A DNA stretch of 64,000 nucleotides from Pavona decussata (Eukaryota): contig CDRNST010000013.1 of the NCBI GenBank assembly GCA_977016875.1, forward strand, positions 992,001-1,056,000, written 5' to 3'. Of this stretch, positions 35,951-49,507 are shown piece by piece. Position 1 is the first letter of the stretch, and every line of letters begins with the position of its first letter. The notes beneath the pieces are model-generated. The model was not told where the DNA came from, ran no database searches, and saw only the letters and a list, made by a program, of their open reading frames with translations. The position numbers were made by a program, and so were the translations under genes.

Positions 35951-38900
35951 TGTGGGGAATGTATTAGAATAAAACAGAAATTCCCTGACACACTGAAGAA
36001 TCCACCATCCACCGTTTTCCAGTTTACTCTTTAACAACCAACGCGAGAAAAACGCAGTGTTACAGTGCAAGGCCAAGTGCCCTTTTTGCAAGCACGTGTG
36101 TTATAAAAACCCGAAAACCCTATTTCCAAATATGGTCATAAAATCTGACGCGTAACGCAAACTGGCGAGTTTACGACACCCTCCCCCTATTAAAGGGCTG
36201 ATAAGCAGCTTTAATACAGTTCTAATCGTCTTGAAACTCGTTCATTGCAATTCCGATCATCCAGTTCCTTGCCGCACTCTTGGCTGCTCGTCTAGGTTGC
36301 TGCCGCAGTTGAAACTCTGGCGCATCTGGATTCAAAACTGTGCAGTGTAGCTGGGGTGGTGTGCCTATCTCCAAATCTGCAACCAGTTGAACATGGCGTT
36401 CTACAATGTACCCGTTTCCTGTCAATATCTTGAATCCTCACAGAATGCCATCCCTTCCCTTGATGTGGCTTTCAACTCTTCCAAGTTTCCACTTTCCAGT
36501 GTTCTTAATGGAGCCTTTAATTAGGACCATGGACCCTTCTGAGGGAACCGTCATGTTTTCAGCTACTGGAGTCTTAGATCTCTCCTCCAATGCAAAAAGA
36601 TACTCTTTAACCCATCGTTTGCGCAGCTGCAGTCGGCAATTCCTCAAGTAACGCAATCTTCTCGTGACCTCGCTAGTGTCATCTAAAGTGCCAAAATCTT
36701 CTTCAAGAAAAGTCGCAGGTTTTCCTCTGATAAGGATGCTAGGCGTAACTGTCTGCTGCTCAAACTCTTTACCTACGTAACACAACGGTCTGTTGTTCGC
36801 AAAGCATTCTACATCGAGAAGTGTTTCCTCTAGTTCTGCATAAGAGAGCAATGCTCTACCGATAACCTTTGAAAGACAAGACTTCACGATGCCAACCATA
36901 CGTTCAAAAAATCCTCCCCACTAGGGGGCTCTGGAGAGGTTAAACTTCCACTGAATCTGCTGTGATGCGAGGTAGTTGTTCAGATCTTCATCTTCCTGCA
37001 GAGTCTTGAGCCATCCTTTAGTCGCTATGAACGTCTTCGCATTATCGCTCACTATCAGCCGCGGGGCACCTCGTCTCGCCACAAATTCCTTCAATGCTTG
37101 TTTAAATTGCTCAACAGTCATGTCCGTGCACAATCTTAGGTGAATGGCACGAGTGCAAGCACAAGTGAATAATACTACATATGCCTTCCTAGGGTTAATC
37201 CCTTGTGTCTTGTGGAACAATGGACCAATGAAATCCACTCCAGTTGAGGAAAATGGATCAGTAAACTCTGCTTGAAATGACGGTAGAGCAGCCATCGGTG
37301 GTGCAGGCAATGCCCTTGCTCTGAACTTCTTGCAGTGATTGCAGCTCAACCTTAGCCTTCTGGTAATACGTCGCAGTTGTGGGATCCAAAACCTCTCTCG
37401 CACCTTGCTCATTGTGGACTGAACTCCCCCATGCAGATTCATCTGGTGGCAATGTTCCACGACCAACTCCGCCAATCTGTGCTTCCTTGGTAGAAACATC
37501 GGGTGGTAGTCCGGGACTCGCCCATACCAACGCCAGATCCCGACTGAGTCTTTCTTGATGGGAACATCGGTTCTTTGCTCACATCCTGCCTGTGCTAACT
37601 TGATCCACCACTGCTCAGCTTGTTCAATCTCAAAAGTGGTAAGGGGGCCATGTGTTTGAGCCACTTTCCGGCAGTTGCCAATAAATCTTCTAATGAATGC
37701 TGTGATCCTTAGAAGCTTCCAGTACCTGTGCTTCTGGATAAGTTCCTCAGCCCAAGTTTCTTGTGAGTTCTGATTTCCCTGTTTTTGGAGAAGTGCAGCA
37801 TCCTTTCTCGGTAATGCTTCAGTTTGAGCTTCTGCTGTCTCCCTGACTTCTACCTTCTCCGGCCATAGGAACCGCGGGAGCAACTCCCCTGGTTCCTAAG
37901 TCACTAGGATTCTCTGTTGTTGGGACGTAATGCCACACAAAGGTTCCAAGATCCTGTATCTTTGCGACTCTGTTCCCGACGTACTGTGACCATTTGCCCT
38001 TGTGTTCCAACCAGTAGAGTACAGTAGTGCTATCCACCCATGCGTGGGTCTCAGCAAACATGTTGGGGTCAAGTGCCTTAGTGGTATGATTCAGCAACTT
38101 GGCAAGAGTGAGGGCAGCAGTGAGTTCTAGGCGTGGAATCGACGTGTTCTTAGGAGCAATTCTTGACTTGGCAACAAGAAGGTTTTGACTGACAGACCCA
38201 TCCAAGTACTTAGCAACAACGTAAACAGCCGCAGACACAGCTGATTTGCTGGCATCCGAAAATCCGTGTAACGACAGTTCCCCTTTGTTGTAGTCAACAA
38301 CACTTCTTGGAATTGCAAGGGTTGGCCGTTTCTTTAAACTGCTGATCCACTTGTTCCACTTCTGTACAATTTCATTAGGGAGGGGTGCATCCCATGAGAT
38401 CTTCTGTAAACAAACTTCGCTAAAGATGATCTTTCCAGTAATCATAACTGATGAAGCCAAACCGAGAACGTCATAAACACTGCTAAATGCTGCTAGCATC
38501 TTCCGCTTTGTTACTGGCTCTGTTACGGCTTGTCCCACTGGGTGCCTAGTATTCTGGCCCTGTGATCCTCTGTCTGTGATCCCTTGTTCTCAGGTGTACT
38601 TTCAAGGGTGGGTACATTGCTATGCCACTTGTGTAGTGTGAACCCTCTTTTGTGCATGATCTGTGTCGCTTCCTCCTTAAACCGTGTGAGGGCTTCCACC
38701 TTGTCCCTCCCATATTGTATGTCATCAACATAAGTGTCATCCAGCAGCGCTTTAGCTATGTCTGGAAATTCTTCCTGATGTGCCAACAAGTGTTTCTGGA
38801 GAGTCGCACCAAAAATGTAAGGGCTAGGTGCTGCACCGAAGATCACTGGTGTAAAGCGATACTCAACCACCTTTCGCTCGTCCAAATTGTAAAACCAAAG

Positions 38901-41900
38901 TACTCTTTGGGCATCACGATCATCCTCATGAACACGAATCTGGTGAAATGCTTTCTCTATGTCTCCAGTGACGCACAATTTCTTCAACCAATTACGAAGA
39001 AGAATGTCAAAGATCCGGGGTTGAAGAGCTGGGCCGGTCTCTAGGCAATCATTCAACGAAGGCAATTGCTGGCTGGTCTCGGAGGAGCAGTCATAGACTA
39101 TGCGCATTTTTGTCGACTCAGCCTCCTCGCGAATGACAGGATGATGTGGAACATAGTGCACGATTTCTCCAGTGGGCTGAGTTGGAGCAGGCTCAAGTAT
39201 TCCTCTCTCAATTTGTTCTCGCATAATGGTGTTGTACTCCACCAGTTTGTTATGTTTCTCCAAGCGCCTTGTTGTTCCCCAGAGTCGTGCCATTGCTAGC
39301 CCCTTGTTGGTTGGGAGCGGTCCATGGGGAAGCTTCCAGGGCAGTCGTGTCTCATAAAACCCTTCACTCTTGAACTCGATTTGGTCCTTAAAGTCTTGGT
39401 GGAATGAGGGGTTGAGAGTATCGGTATCATCCAGGCCAAGCAAATCCATGGAGCACAAGCGTTCAAACTCACTTCGGCTCGAGGTTAAAAGGAATTCCTT
39501 CTCCACACCACCTCCATCTGAAATAAGCCTCCCATATAAGATCCATCCCAGCATAGTGAATTCCGCTCCAGGGTCAGTGTCAGGATTGTTTCCAAGAATT
39601 GGTGGTTCTGTTGAATGGATGCGCTGGTAATCAGCTGCTCCTAGGATGATATGTACAGGAAGCTGATCTGCCAATTCTTCTTCATCACTCAGTTGTAGCT
39701 TCCTAAGTCGAGGGTACTCCCGTTTCAAGTCCTTAATTCTTGGATTAGGTAGAAATGTCAACACATCCTTCTCTGCTTTGATACAATTAACAACAAAGGT
39801 AAAACCATCCACAAAAGCAGACTCAATGTTTAAGGAGTAAATATCCACTCTTCTTGTAACTGTTCCATACATTCCTCAATGCATCTTGTCTCCTGACAGA
39901 TCGGTGAGATTTCCAGCTTTGTAATCAGGTCTGAGCAGACGTAAGAACTTCCCGCTCCTGTGTCAATCATGATCCTTGCTTCCTGTCCATTGACCATTGC
40001 TCGCACTGTGGCATGTAAGGTTGAAGTAGAACGAGTTAAAGCGCTCATGTTCTTTTCTGTTGATGCAGGAACACTACCTTGCTTGGGGACAATTGAAATT
40101 CTTCTTTCACAAAGAGATGTATGATGCCGCTGTCCATAGTATTTGCAGGGTCTTGAACGGCATGCAGAAACAAGATGGTTATCACCAGTACAGTTGTAGC
40201 ACAAATTCTTCCTTCGTATGAGGTCTCTTCGGGCAGCGACAGTCAACACCTTTGTACAGTTCACAGATGAATGGTGCGTAGAACCGCAGTAAACACATCT
40301 ATTTGCACTGGTATATCTTTGTGAGCCCTGCATCATCAATTTTTCCGTATTTTGCCTGCCATCTCCAGGTCCGCTTTGCTGTTTGCTCTTCTCTTCCGTT
40401 CGAAGAGGGTTCCGGTCAACAAACTTACGCAGAGCTTCCACTAACTGTTCAAGTGTCCACTCCTCCCACTTATCATCTGTCTGAGTGATAACTTCCCGTA
40501 CCGGTCCAAGCTTGTCCATCAGTGTGTACACGGCGCTCTGAGCTGACAACAGCTTGTCCATTGTTGACAAAGTTTGTACAACTCTTGAAAGCTTGTTGTA
40601 GAATTCGTGAACCCGGTCGAGTCGACGAATGTCCGTAATACTGTGTAAGCTCTCCATTTCCTTAATGAGCGCTTTGTGCACCTTAAAATCCTTGCCATAG
40701 GTGGTCTGCAGAATTCTCTTGGCTTCTTGGTAACCTTCTACAGTGTGCGGAAGCCCGAGTATGTCCTCCCGTGGTTGGCCCCTTACGAGCTCCAATAAAT
40801 AGTTGAATTTGCTGATTTCCGATATTTTTGCACCGTCCACTTCTACTTCAAATTGATTCCAGAATCGAAGCCAATCTTTGTAATCGCCTTGAAATGGAGT
40901 GATGGTATATCGCTGAAGCTTCACCGACTGTGTTGCTGATGAGCCAGGAGAATTGCTATTTCCTGCTCTGGCGTCTTTCTCCATCTCCAATTTCTTTTTC
41001 AGCCATCTTCTTCCCGTTGTTGTTGTCTAATATGCACGGCTTCAAGTTCCTTTTGTTCCGCCAGTCGCGCTTCCATATTTTCCTTGTTGATGGCTCGCTG
41101 CTTTTCTAATTCTCGCTGAACCCCTTTGTCCTCCTCCCTTCTACGTCATCCAAAGACAACTTAATTTGCCCCCGAATTTCTCGAAACATTTGTAGTTTTT
41201 CCTTCTGTTGCGTAGACCAATTTTTTATCTGATCTAACGTGTGTTTGCTCTCCAACATATGCTCCCCTGTCTCATCAATTGAAATCTCCAATTTGCGAAT
41301 AAGCCCGCATATCTTGTTGTAGCAAAGTTCCAAGTCTTCTTGATCGCAATTTTCCCAGGTTTTTGAGATTTCCTCCAGCTTCAAATTCGAAAACTCTAAC
41401 AACTGATCGTCTTTCAGTGTTACCGCCATTTCGATCTTGTAATCTGAGCCCACCAAACTTGTGTTTGCGAGGATTGTAAACAACTCGCCTTTTGTTTTCC
41501 TACCGAAGTTAAAGTTCGAAAAACGACCTAGTAACGTGTAAATGTACCTTTTGTCGATGAATTATCACAACTGTTCCCTCATCGCTTCTTCTCAACCGAA
41601 AATTATCCAAAATTATCCACGATTATCCAACATTCATCGCTTTCTGTGTTCTCGGGCGAAATCTCCAACTCGTGTCCTGGCAGGGTCGCCACTTTCAGTG
41701 TGGGGAATGTATTAAAATAAAACAGAAATTCCCTGACACACTGAAGAATCCACCGTTTTCCAGTTTACTGTTTAACAACCAACACGAGAAAAACGCAGTG
41801 TTACAGTGCAAAGCCAAGTGCCCCTTTTGCAAGCACGTGTGTTATAAAAACCCGAAAACCCTATTTCCAAATATGGTCATAAAATCTGACGCGTAACGCA

Positions 41901-41919
41901 AACTGGGGAGTTTATGACA
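35951..41919 (-). mobile_element. Full-length BEL/Pao LTR retrotransposon (5969 bp); gag-pol has several frameshifts and stops
   Basis: LTRs at 35951-36178 and 41699-41919 (TG...CA); 5-bp TSD AATAC (35946-35950 and 41920-41924); PBS TGGCGACCCTGCCAGG (41691-41676, tRNA-Arg-like); PPT next to 36179; gag with Cys/His knuckles, protease MIDTGA, RT YVDD, HGFSDAS, integrase GVDFIGP and SDNAKTF. Confidence 0.96.
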
Positions 41920-41924
41920 AATAC

Positions 41925-42412
41925 TGTGATCAGGCGAGGAACAGAGAGGTACAACAGCTGATTGGTACCAAATCAATGGTTATAAGTGCTTTGAAGAAGA
42001 ATTGTACGAAAATAATCCGGAGACTTCGCACTACACCTTCTATGGCGACACCTTGGAAAGGCGACTTTACAGTTGACCTTCACCAGGAGGTATTTCGTGT
42101 TATTCTGAACCGTATAATTCAACAAAACAGCTATGGACATGAATATAATATGCTATAATTGATGTTCAATGTACACAGTTAGGAAAAGCTTTGTTCGTCT
42201 TTAATAAAATAAACTTGGAGGGCGATTTGATAATCAAAGAAGAGCTACTGAAGAAAACGTTTTCTTCTGGAGAGGAGAGGTCAGCTGAGAGATGTGAGGT
42301 TGTCATAACAGAGTCAAAGCCAATGATATTAAGATATCTCAAAAACTCAGAAGTGCTATCTATTAGCTTTGAGTACGGCTATTGGAATGAACATGGGATA
42401 CCTCAACATTGA
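41925..42412 (+). pseudogene. Unknown small protein, paralogue B; its 5' end lies left of the BEL insertion (about 35935-35950)
   Basis: Removing the BEL element restores LEDKY|CDQARNREVQQLIGTKSMVISALKKNCTKIIRRLRTTPSMATPWKGDFTVDL...VVITESKPMILRYLKNSEVLSISF. Confidence 0.6.
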
Positions 42413-42929
42413 AATTTGAATTGAATTTGGAGCACCCAAATTGAACTGTTTCACTTCATGGCTCTTGTGGCACATTGTTGTAGCAAGTCCTAGATGTAAA
42501 CAAAGGGGAACCAAGAAACTTAATTATGCATTGGTATCCAGTTGTGGTTCAGGTTTTCTTGTTGATTATAATTGTGGATGTCTCAGGAGACTAGCAAACG
42601 ATAAACATTTGAACATACCATATTTCCTCGAATAATAGCCATACTTCAATTAATCGCCTCCCTAGAAAAATTTGCCCCCTTTCAGTGGGAAAAAATAATC
42701 GCCCCCGACTATTATTCTGTATTTTATTTTCCAATATTATAACATTTTTTTTTTTAATTTAAATACGCAAATACACTTAGGTTGCTTACACTTGGAAGTT
42801 AAGGCTCAAATTACAGGAAGTGACGTCATTGGCTCAACACGAAAAATTCCACATGGCTAATTTTCATATGGATTCTACTTCATAAACTGTATTCTGCTGT
42901 TGCGAACTTAATAACAGCAGAATACAGTT

Positions 42930-45480
42930 TACAATGTTTGAACCATTTCTTTTGTGTGCAAAGGTACTACATACCCAATGGTACAGACTGTGGGGTTTAC
43001 CTTTTGCAAAAAACAAAGCATTCACATTGAAATATTCTTTGCAAGAATTCTCCAACTGCAGAATTTGTTCTTCTGTGAGAGGGAGACACTATCACGCAAT
43101 TTTTCAGCAGCTTTGTGAAGGTCATGTAACTTAAAAACTGTGCTCTTGTCAGGATTCAGTTTCAGCAGTGTTTCTGTCACATGCCCAAAATTCCAGGCAA
43201 AGCATTTTGATTCTTTGCCTGTAAATCTGTATGACAAATTGCGCTTCTCATTGTACCACTTACAGATGTTATTCAAAGCCTTTTCGGTTAAGTAAGTGTT
43301 CTAGACAAGTAACAAACTTTTTGAAAGCACACGTGCTTGGCAAGTCTTCAGAATTGCTAGCCTTTTTTAGTACCTCTTGTTTTGTCAGCTTCATGGCTAT
43401 AACAAAAATTTGTAGGAACAAGTGCTGCCATGCATTGTTGCTTGTGTTCAGTGGCTCAACTTTGGCTTTGTCTATAAATTTTCCCAAGGGGGGCTTAAAA
43501 CTCTTGCCTAGATTCTTGTTTTGCAATAAAGGTAGTGACCTTTGTCCTGGCTTTTAATTCTTTCTGAGAACGCTTCTGTTTGTACTTTCCTACAGCTTTT
43601 GCTTTTTCAATTCTGTCTGAGAACTTCCAGCACCGCCAAGTTGCCTTTTTGTCACCAATGTTTCCCCCCAAAGTAGCCATATTCTTATTGCTGACAGTGG
43701 CAAATGTGGAAAAAGATGTTGCCGTATTATTTAGTTCCCCTCCCATACAAGCTAGCCATTTTTGATCACATGGGACAAGTTGAAAAACACATTTTACCTC
43801 CATATTTCCAGCCATGTAGTTTTTTTCCTGTATAGTTGCCATTTCTTTAACAAGATGCTTAGTGAAATTGATCAGAACAGGATCATCCTCTTTACAGTTG
43901 GAGCCCATGAGAAGAAATTTGTCTTCACTCCTGGCAACTCGCTCTAGGACATTAAAAAAGCTTACCAGGTAAGCTGTTGTTGTCTCATCTTTTCCAAAAG
44001 GTGCTCCGTCAGCCCCTAAAGCAATGTGAAACACACCCACTTTCTCGTTGAACCAATATAAGGAAGGTAGGCTAGCATTGATCTTAACATAAAGAGATGC
44101 TAACTGCAGAAGTAGTGGTTCGAAACTTCTATACACCCCTGAAAGAGGATTTAAGCCTGCTTCCTCACAAAATTCTCCTAAATCCCTTACATCACCAATG
44201 TCAATAGTTTTAATAAACTGTGAAAGAGGTTTGTAAGGTAACATGTTTGGTGCATAACAGCCTTGCAATATTTCAATTGGGCACTCGCGTATGGCATTGT
44301 ACTTCTTTTTGCTCATTAACCCCCCTTCATATAATACTCTCACACTCCTGATTTTATTGCTTACAGCTTTCTCAGATTCTAAAACGTTTTTCTTCATAAC
44401 CTTTGGTAGTACATTTTTCATACAAGTCACTGAGTTTTCAAAATACTTGTTGAGATCTTCCTTGCTTAATTTTGTGACCAGTGTAACCCACATACCATCC
44501 AGAACAGCCTTTTCCTGTTTTTTTTTTTCTTCTTTTTTTTCATTTTTTTACCTGGGTACTTTGGCAATAAGCTGGCACCAAATTCTCACAAGTAGTCCGT
44601 TTCCTTCGCCTGTTCTGGGCTTCTGAGAGCTTGAGCTGTTCTCTATTGTCGTCTTTTACTTCACTTGTGATATTAGGCAGTCTTGGAACCTTGCTTATTG
44701 GTTGTAGTTCTGCCAAAGCATTATGGAGTACAGAGATCTAGTCAGAAAAAAATAGTTACATTTAGTGTAAGAAATGTCCTTTTTTTAAATAGAATCTCAC
44801 ATCCCGGTCATAAAAAATACATGGAGAAAAGTGAGAAAATCATACACTGAAAAGGTTATTGATATTGTGCATGGGCTCACCCAGCCTTTTTACAAGAGGG
44901 AGTTCTAACTTATCTCAAGAAAGTTCAATTATACAGCAATTCAGAAGCCTTGAGTATTTCATGTCTAGAAAAAAATAATTTGTTGTCTTCCCTTGTTGGG
45001 ATTCTCATTTCTCAATCTGTTGACAAAAAGGCAAGGCTCTGATTGATTGATTGATGTTAATATTTTGGTCATAAAGTAAACATTCATTCATATTGGGCTA
45101 ATTTAGGGTAACAGATAGAACTGCAAGCCAGTTCTTTACTAGACCTCCATCCACATTTGAACAACTTGATATAATTTATTTAAAAATGCCACATTGCATG
45201 TTCCATGTTGTTGATATGACCATTTATATAGGTCATAAATATTACATTTGTAAGCTTTCTCATCATCTTTCTACCTTCCTCTTTCTATATGCTATCATGT
45301 TGTTAAGATTATCTGTTTCTTTCCTAAGTTTCACAACTTCATTTTCCTTATCAACTTTTTCTTTAACCAGTGCCTGAAGTTTGTCCTCCTTCATTTTCTT
45401 TACCTGTTTTTGATACTGCCTTAAGTCAAATCGTTTCCCTCTCTTCTTTCCATGGCGCACAGAACTGTGAGAGAGCAAAG
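42930..45480 (-). pseudogene. RAG1/Transib-like DDE transposase, multi-exon, frameshifted and 3'-truncated
   Basis: ALGADGAP (cf. RAG1 CDG, D600); PCDQKWLACMGGEL (cf. YDEKLVREVEGL, D708); VEPLNTSNNA (cf. DALHCDIGNA); RFTGKESK (cf. MNGNFARK); upstream coiled-coil exons. Confidence 0.55.
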
Positions 45481-46651
45481 TAAAAGGCTTGATTTAAATT
45501 TGACACCGACGAGCAAAGACAGATTTTTTGTTCACAAACCAATCAAACGGTAAACAAGCTTTGGTCGTATGATTTTAGAATTTTAAAACTTGGTCAAAAA
45601 TAGCCGAAAAATCAGGCCTCTAATTCACTGACCTTGATGCTTCCTGTTACATTGGGTTGCTCACTCTCTTGTCGGTTCCCTCCTTCATTGTGGCTTCAAA
45701 AATACATAAACATCGGCTAAAAACACATCGATGGAAAGCTCATGAACCACAGAAATCGAAGATGGCGCGAAACAAGTTATAACTAGTACCCAGTCTTCAC
45801 AATTGGTCTCTAAAAAACCCTCGGGGAAGGACATTGACCGAGAAATGGTCCCCCATGAGACATTGCGCGCAGTATGCCGCCATATTGTTTGAAAAAACCA
45901 TGAGATTTATGATCGCGCGAAGGGTGAGTCTAGCCCCAGCGTGTTTTGCTAAGATTTGGTTTGTTGATGCGTATTGCCGTCTAAACAAATGTGATGAGCC
46001 CCGAGTTGGTGAACGCCGAAGAGAAGGAAAGTAACGAGCTGGCCATCAAGCCTTCCAAAACGAAAATGGTGCACGCAAAAGATGTAAGTATAGCTGTTAA
46101 CCTTACTTTAACATACATCCTCGTTAAGCGACTGTTTTGTCTGACGCGAGTTATTTATTGACACAAATTCACAAAAATTAATAGTTCCTTTCTTTTCTTA
46201 CTAAGTGATTTTTCGTAATACACTATAATTGATGATCGACTGTGTGGGTTGGTCCGATTATTACTAATTACAACATGCATTTATTGTGACATCTCAGCCG
46301 ATTCGCAACACCAGTTATCTATGACTCCCTTTATAGTAATCTCTTTAGTTGTTTTAGCAAAATAGTAATCAGTATTCAAGTCAAACATGCCAACTTCAAA
46401 TGTGCGAGTTTTTAGGTATAGTTTTATAAAGTTGTGCAAAACACAAGTAATGCTTGACCGGTTATTGTAACAATTGATAGTTCATTAGCATTGCGCAATC
46501 TGGTACCTTAATGAACCACGGCAATAATGATTAAGTTAGTTAAAAAAAATCAGTCAGCGCCTATACTTGTACTTTACTGTAATCGGCCTCATCATGGTTT
46601 TCGACGCTTTTTTAATGAGTAGGCAAACACGTCTTGAAATAACAGTGTTGT

Positions 46652-47916
46652 GTGGAAATCCGAAGTCACATAATTTCCTTTGAACATCGCTTCTGTCTGG
46701 AGTGGAATACCGAACGCAAAGCAAAGAGAGCCAAGGCACAGTCAGTAGTCCCAACAGTAAAGCAACCCGAGGCGAGCATCATTGACCGTGACCATCAACA
46801 AGAGGACCTCATCACTCCCTTGCGCCAGCAGCATGCCCACAAAACAGAGGAGTGTAGAGAATTCAGGAACAGATTGGAAAGCATTGAAGCAGTCAACGCT
46901 CGGATCCTCAAGAACCAGACAGAAAAGCAGGAAAACCTTCTTATGGTAATGTCTCTATAGGTCAAATTAATTCATAGTTCCTCGTGTTCCCTGCGAGCAG
47001 TTTCTTAATTGTCTTGTTACACTCTCTTCTTTTTACCTCAAGAATTTATTTTACAAATAAATAAGCGAAATTTTAAGAATATTTTTGGAATAAACCCAAG
47101 GCTGACTTTGAAAAGAATCTAATTTTGCGTGTAGAAAAGCAACACATGGAAAATGTCACACCTTTTTTCCAAAATACTGCATTGCCAAACTCACTTCTTG
47201 CACGTCGATTAAAAAGTCTAATTCAATTGCTTAAAGGTTTCCTGTGTAAGTCAGCATCAAGATGCCATGATAGCCCACGATGTTGATAAATTTTGAATTG
47301 ACTAGTTCGGAACAAGATCATTGACACCCAGTTTCTCCCTTGTATATGTATCCCGGCCATAAACAGCAACTCAACACGCAATTTTACACAGGCTTTTAAC
47401 CGGTTTTTTTTTTGCCAGCTTCATGCCACATCCATTCCTGAATCAGACAATGAAACCTCAATGAAGGACAACACTGAATCAGCAGAACAGAGCCAATACC
47501 TGACCACCATCAATTATGATACTCTGAGTGGACTTCATGAGGACAACCAACCTACTGATGTACAATCTGCCGTACAACAAGGAAGCGCTTCCCAGGAAGT
47601 TGGCGTGGAGTTGATCAGCACATGTGTTACGCCGACCAGAATAAAAACCATTCAGGGTGTCCTATCAAAGCCACAGACCAACTGACACTTGTGTGCCTTG
47701 AAGCTGCTGCCACATTTCTTCAGTAAAGAGGAACTTGCGGAAAGCAATACTGATGGCAGTCATGACAAAAAATGCCTGGACAGTGTCAAATTAAATTCGC
47801 TGAAATTATTAGTCTTCAGTAAATTTCCACTGAGCAAAAGCGAAGAGAAGGACAAACCTGGAGGAATATCAAAGGAAAAATTAACTCCAAGTGTCGTGCT
47901 ACCCGCAAAGTTTTAA
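46652..47916 (+). pseudogene. Coiled-coil plus BEN-domain protein gene, disrupted
   Basis: ALKLLPHFFSKEELAESNTDGSHDKKCLDSVKLNSLKLLVFSKFP and, after a frameshift, WRNIKGKINSKCR; stop at 47683-47685. Confidence 0.75.
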
Positions 47917-48154
47917 TGTCAGACTTTACTCCATCTCGTTCATTGTCATCAATTTCATGTATGCTCTTTTTTAAGCTTGATGAATAAAGCTTTTGTAAGT
48001 TTAGTTGTTTGCTTGGTTTTTAATTATTAGTGTTCCTTTCATTACCAAAAATGTTTGCTCGATTCTGTTTGATTGACATTGCTGGGACTGCGGGACAGTT
48101 CGTAACAATGGCGGGATTTTCATTCCTTAATTCCTTGTCGCGTGCACTAAAAGC

Positions 48155-48244
48155 TAGTTTCCTACGCAGCCATTCTTAGTGTCGTCACGCAACGCTCCTC
48201 CCTGCGTTGCGTGACGACACTAAGAACGGCTGTATAGGAGACTA
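48155..48244. mobile_element. 90-bp hairpin MITE; diverged second copy at about 56561-56648
   Basis: TAGTTTCCTACGCAGCC.TTCTTAGTGTCGTCACGCAACGC pairs with GCGTTGCGTGACGACACTAAGAACGGCTGTATAGGAGACTA. Confidence 0.75.
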
Positions 48245-49507
48245 ACTAAAAGCATGCACAAAGTAAAGCCGGCGAGCCACCTGGCGATTTTATACGCAGA
48301 TCGCCGAAAACCGCCAGGTGTGCCCGGTGCAGCTATTGCGATTTTCGCCAGTCAGATATCTGCAATTAAATTTGCCGGCATTCTCCAAGTGTGTCTTTTC
48401 TATGCTCATCGCTGCGAATCGTCGGTAAAGTCAACTAATCAGGTTGGGCGATTTTATTACATGACTTTTCAAAATGCTCCTCGATTGAGTCCGGGAACAA
48501 GGTTGAAGTACCACATCGTCGCGATCGACAAAAGCCTAAAGTAAAAGACATTATCAAGTTCCTGTATGTCCAGTGGTGAACTAGGCCAAAATATATTTTT
48601 TGTACTTCCTTATTTTTTTTTTTAAAGTAAAATACAAATTGACACATATACATGGAAATTGGTCCTCAACATGTTCAATCTAGACCCTTTTATTGCATGG
48701 TTGCATTATTGTTACGTAAAAGAATACCATATGTTGAAATAACGCAGTTTCTGAAAATGTGGAGTACCTATTGTCATAACCTGCTCACATAAGCAAAAAG
48801 AAATAGAAATTTTCCTGAAACCACAAAAAAAGTGTCTGGCAGTTGGTCAAAATGTGTGAAAACTAAACAAAAGAAAACAATGGAATTAGTCTAATAGTGC
48901 CTGCTAGTGTGTACTAGCTTAGTAAATGTTTCACAGTTTGAAGAAAATCACTCTAATGACAATAAAAAAATCATATATACCACATAGCACTAGCATGGGT
49001 AGTGACCCTGATTGCCACTCGCTAATGTAATAATTATACTTCGAATGAAATTTTAAAACTCCCATCTAAGCGAATTTCTCTAACTGGCATGGTTTAGTGT
49101 GAGCTCTTTATCCTGACAAAAGACTTAATAATCACTTATCTTTAAATCTACTGTTACAGTAAATAAGGATCTCTCTTGGTACGTGACACAATCTGGCACC
49201 AGGTAGGTTTTCTGAGTCACTTGAAAATATAAAATACCTCTTAAAAATAGTCATTACATGGCAGAGCAGTTTTCAATTGCTTCGATTTTGCTTATTGGCT
49301 TTTCTGTAAATGGTTAGTCAATTAGAAGGAGAATCAAAACTGAACATGACTGGCAAGCTTTACACTTGTTACTAACATGCATTTCCTTCAGTTTCTGATT
49401 GGTTTGTTTGAATTTGTTGGGATTGACTATAGCAATCACCTTGATCAGTTTGCTTTTCAAACACTGGCACATTGAAACTGCTCACATTCATGCAATAACC
49501 AATGAAA

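Noticed and set aside
41925-42412. RAG2-like gene next to the RAG1-like transposase
   Set aside because: Too short, with no kelch repeats or PHD finger
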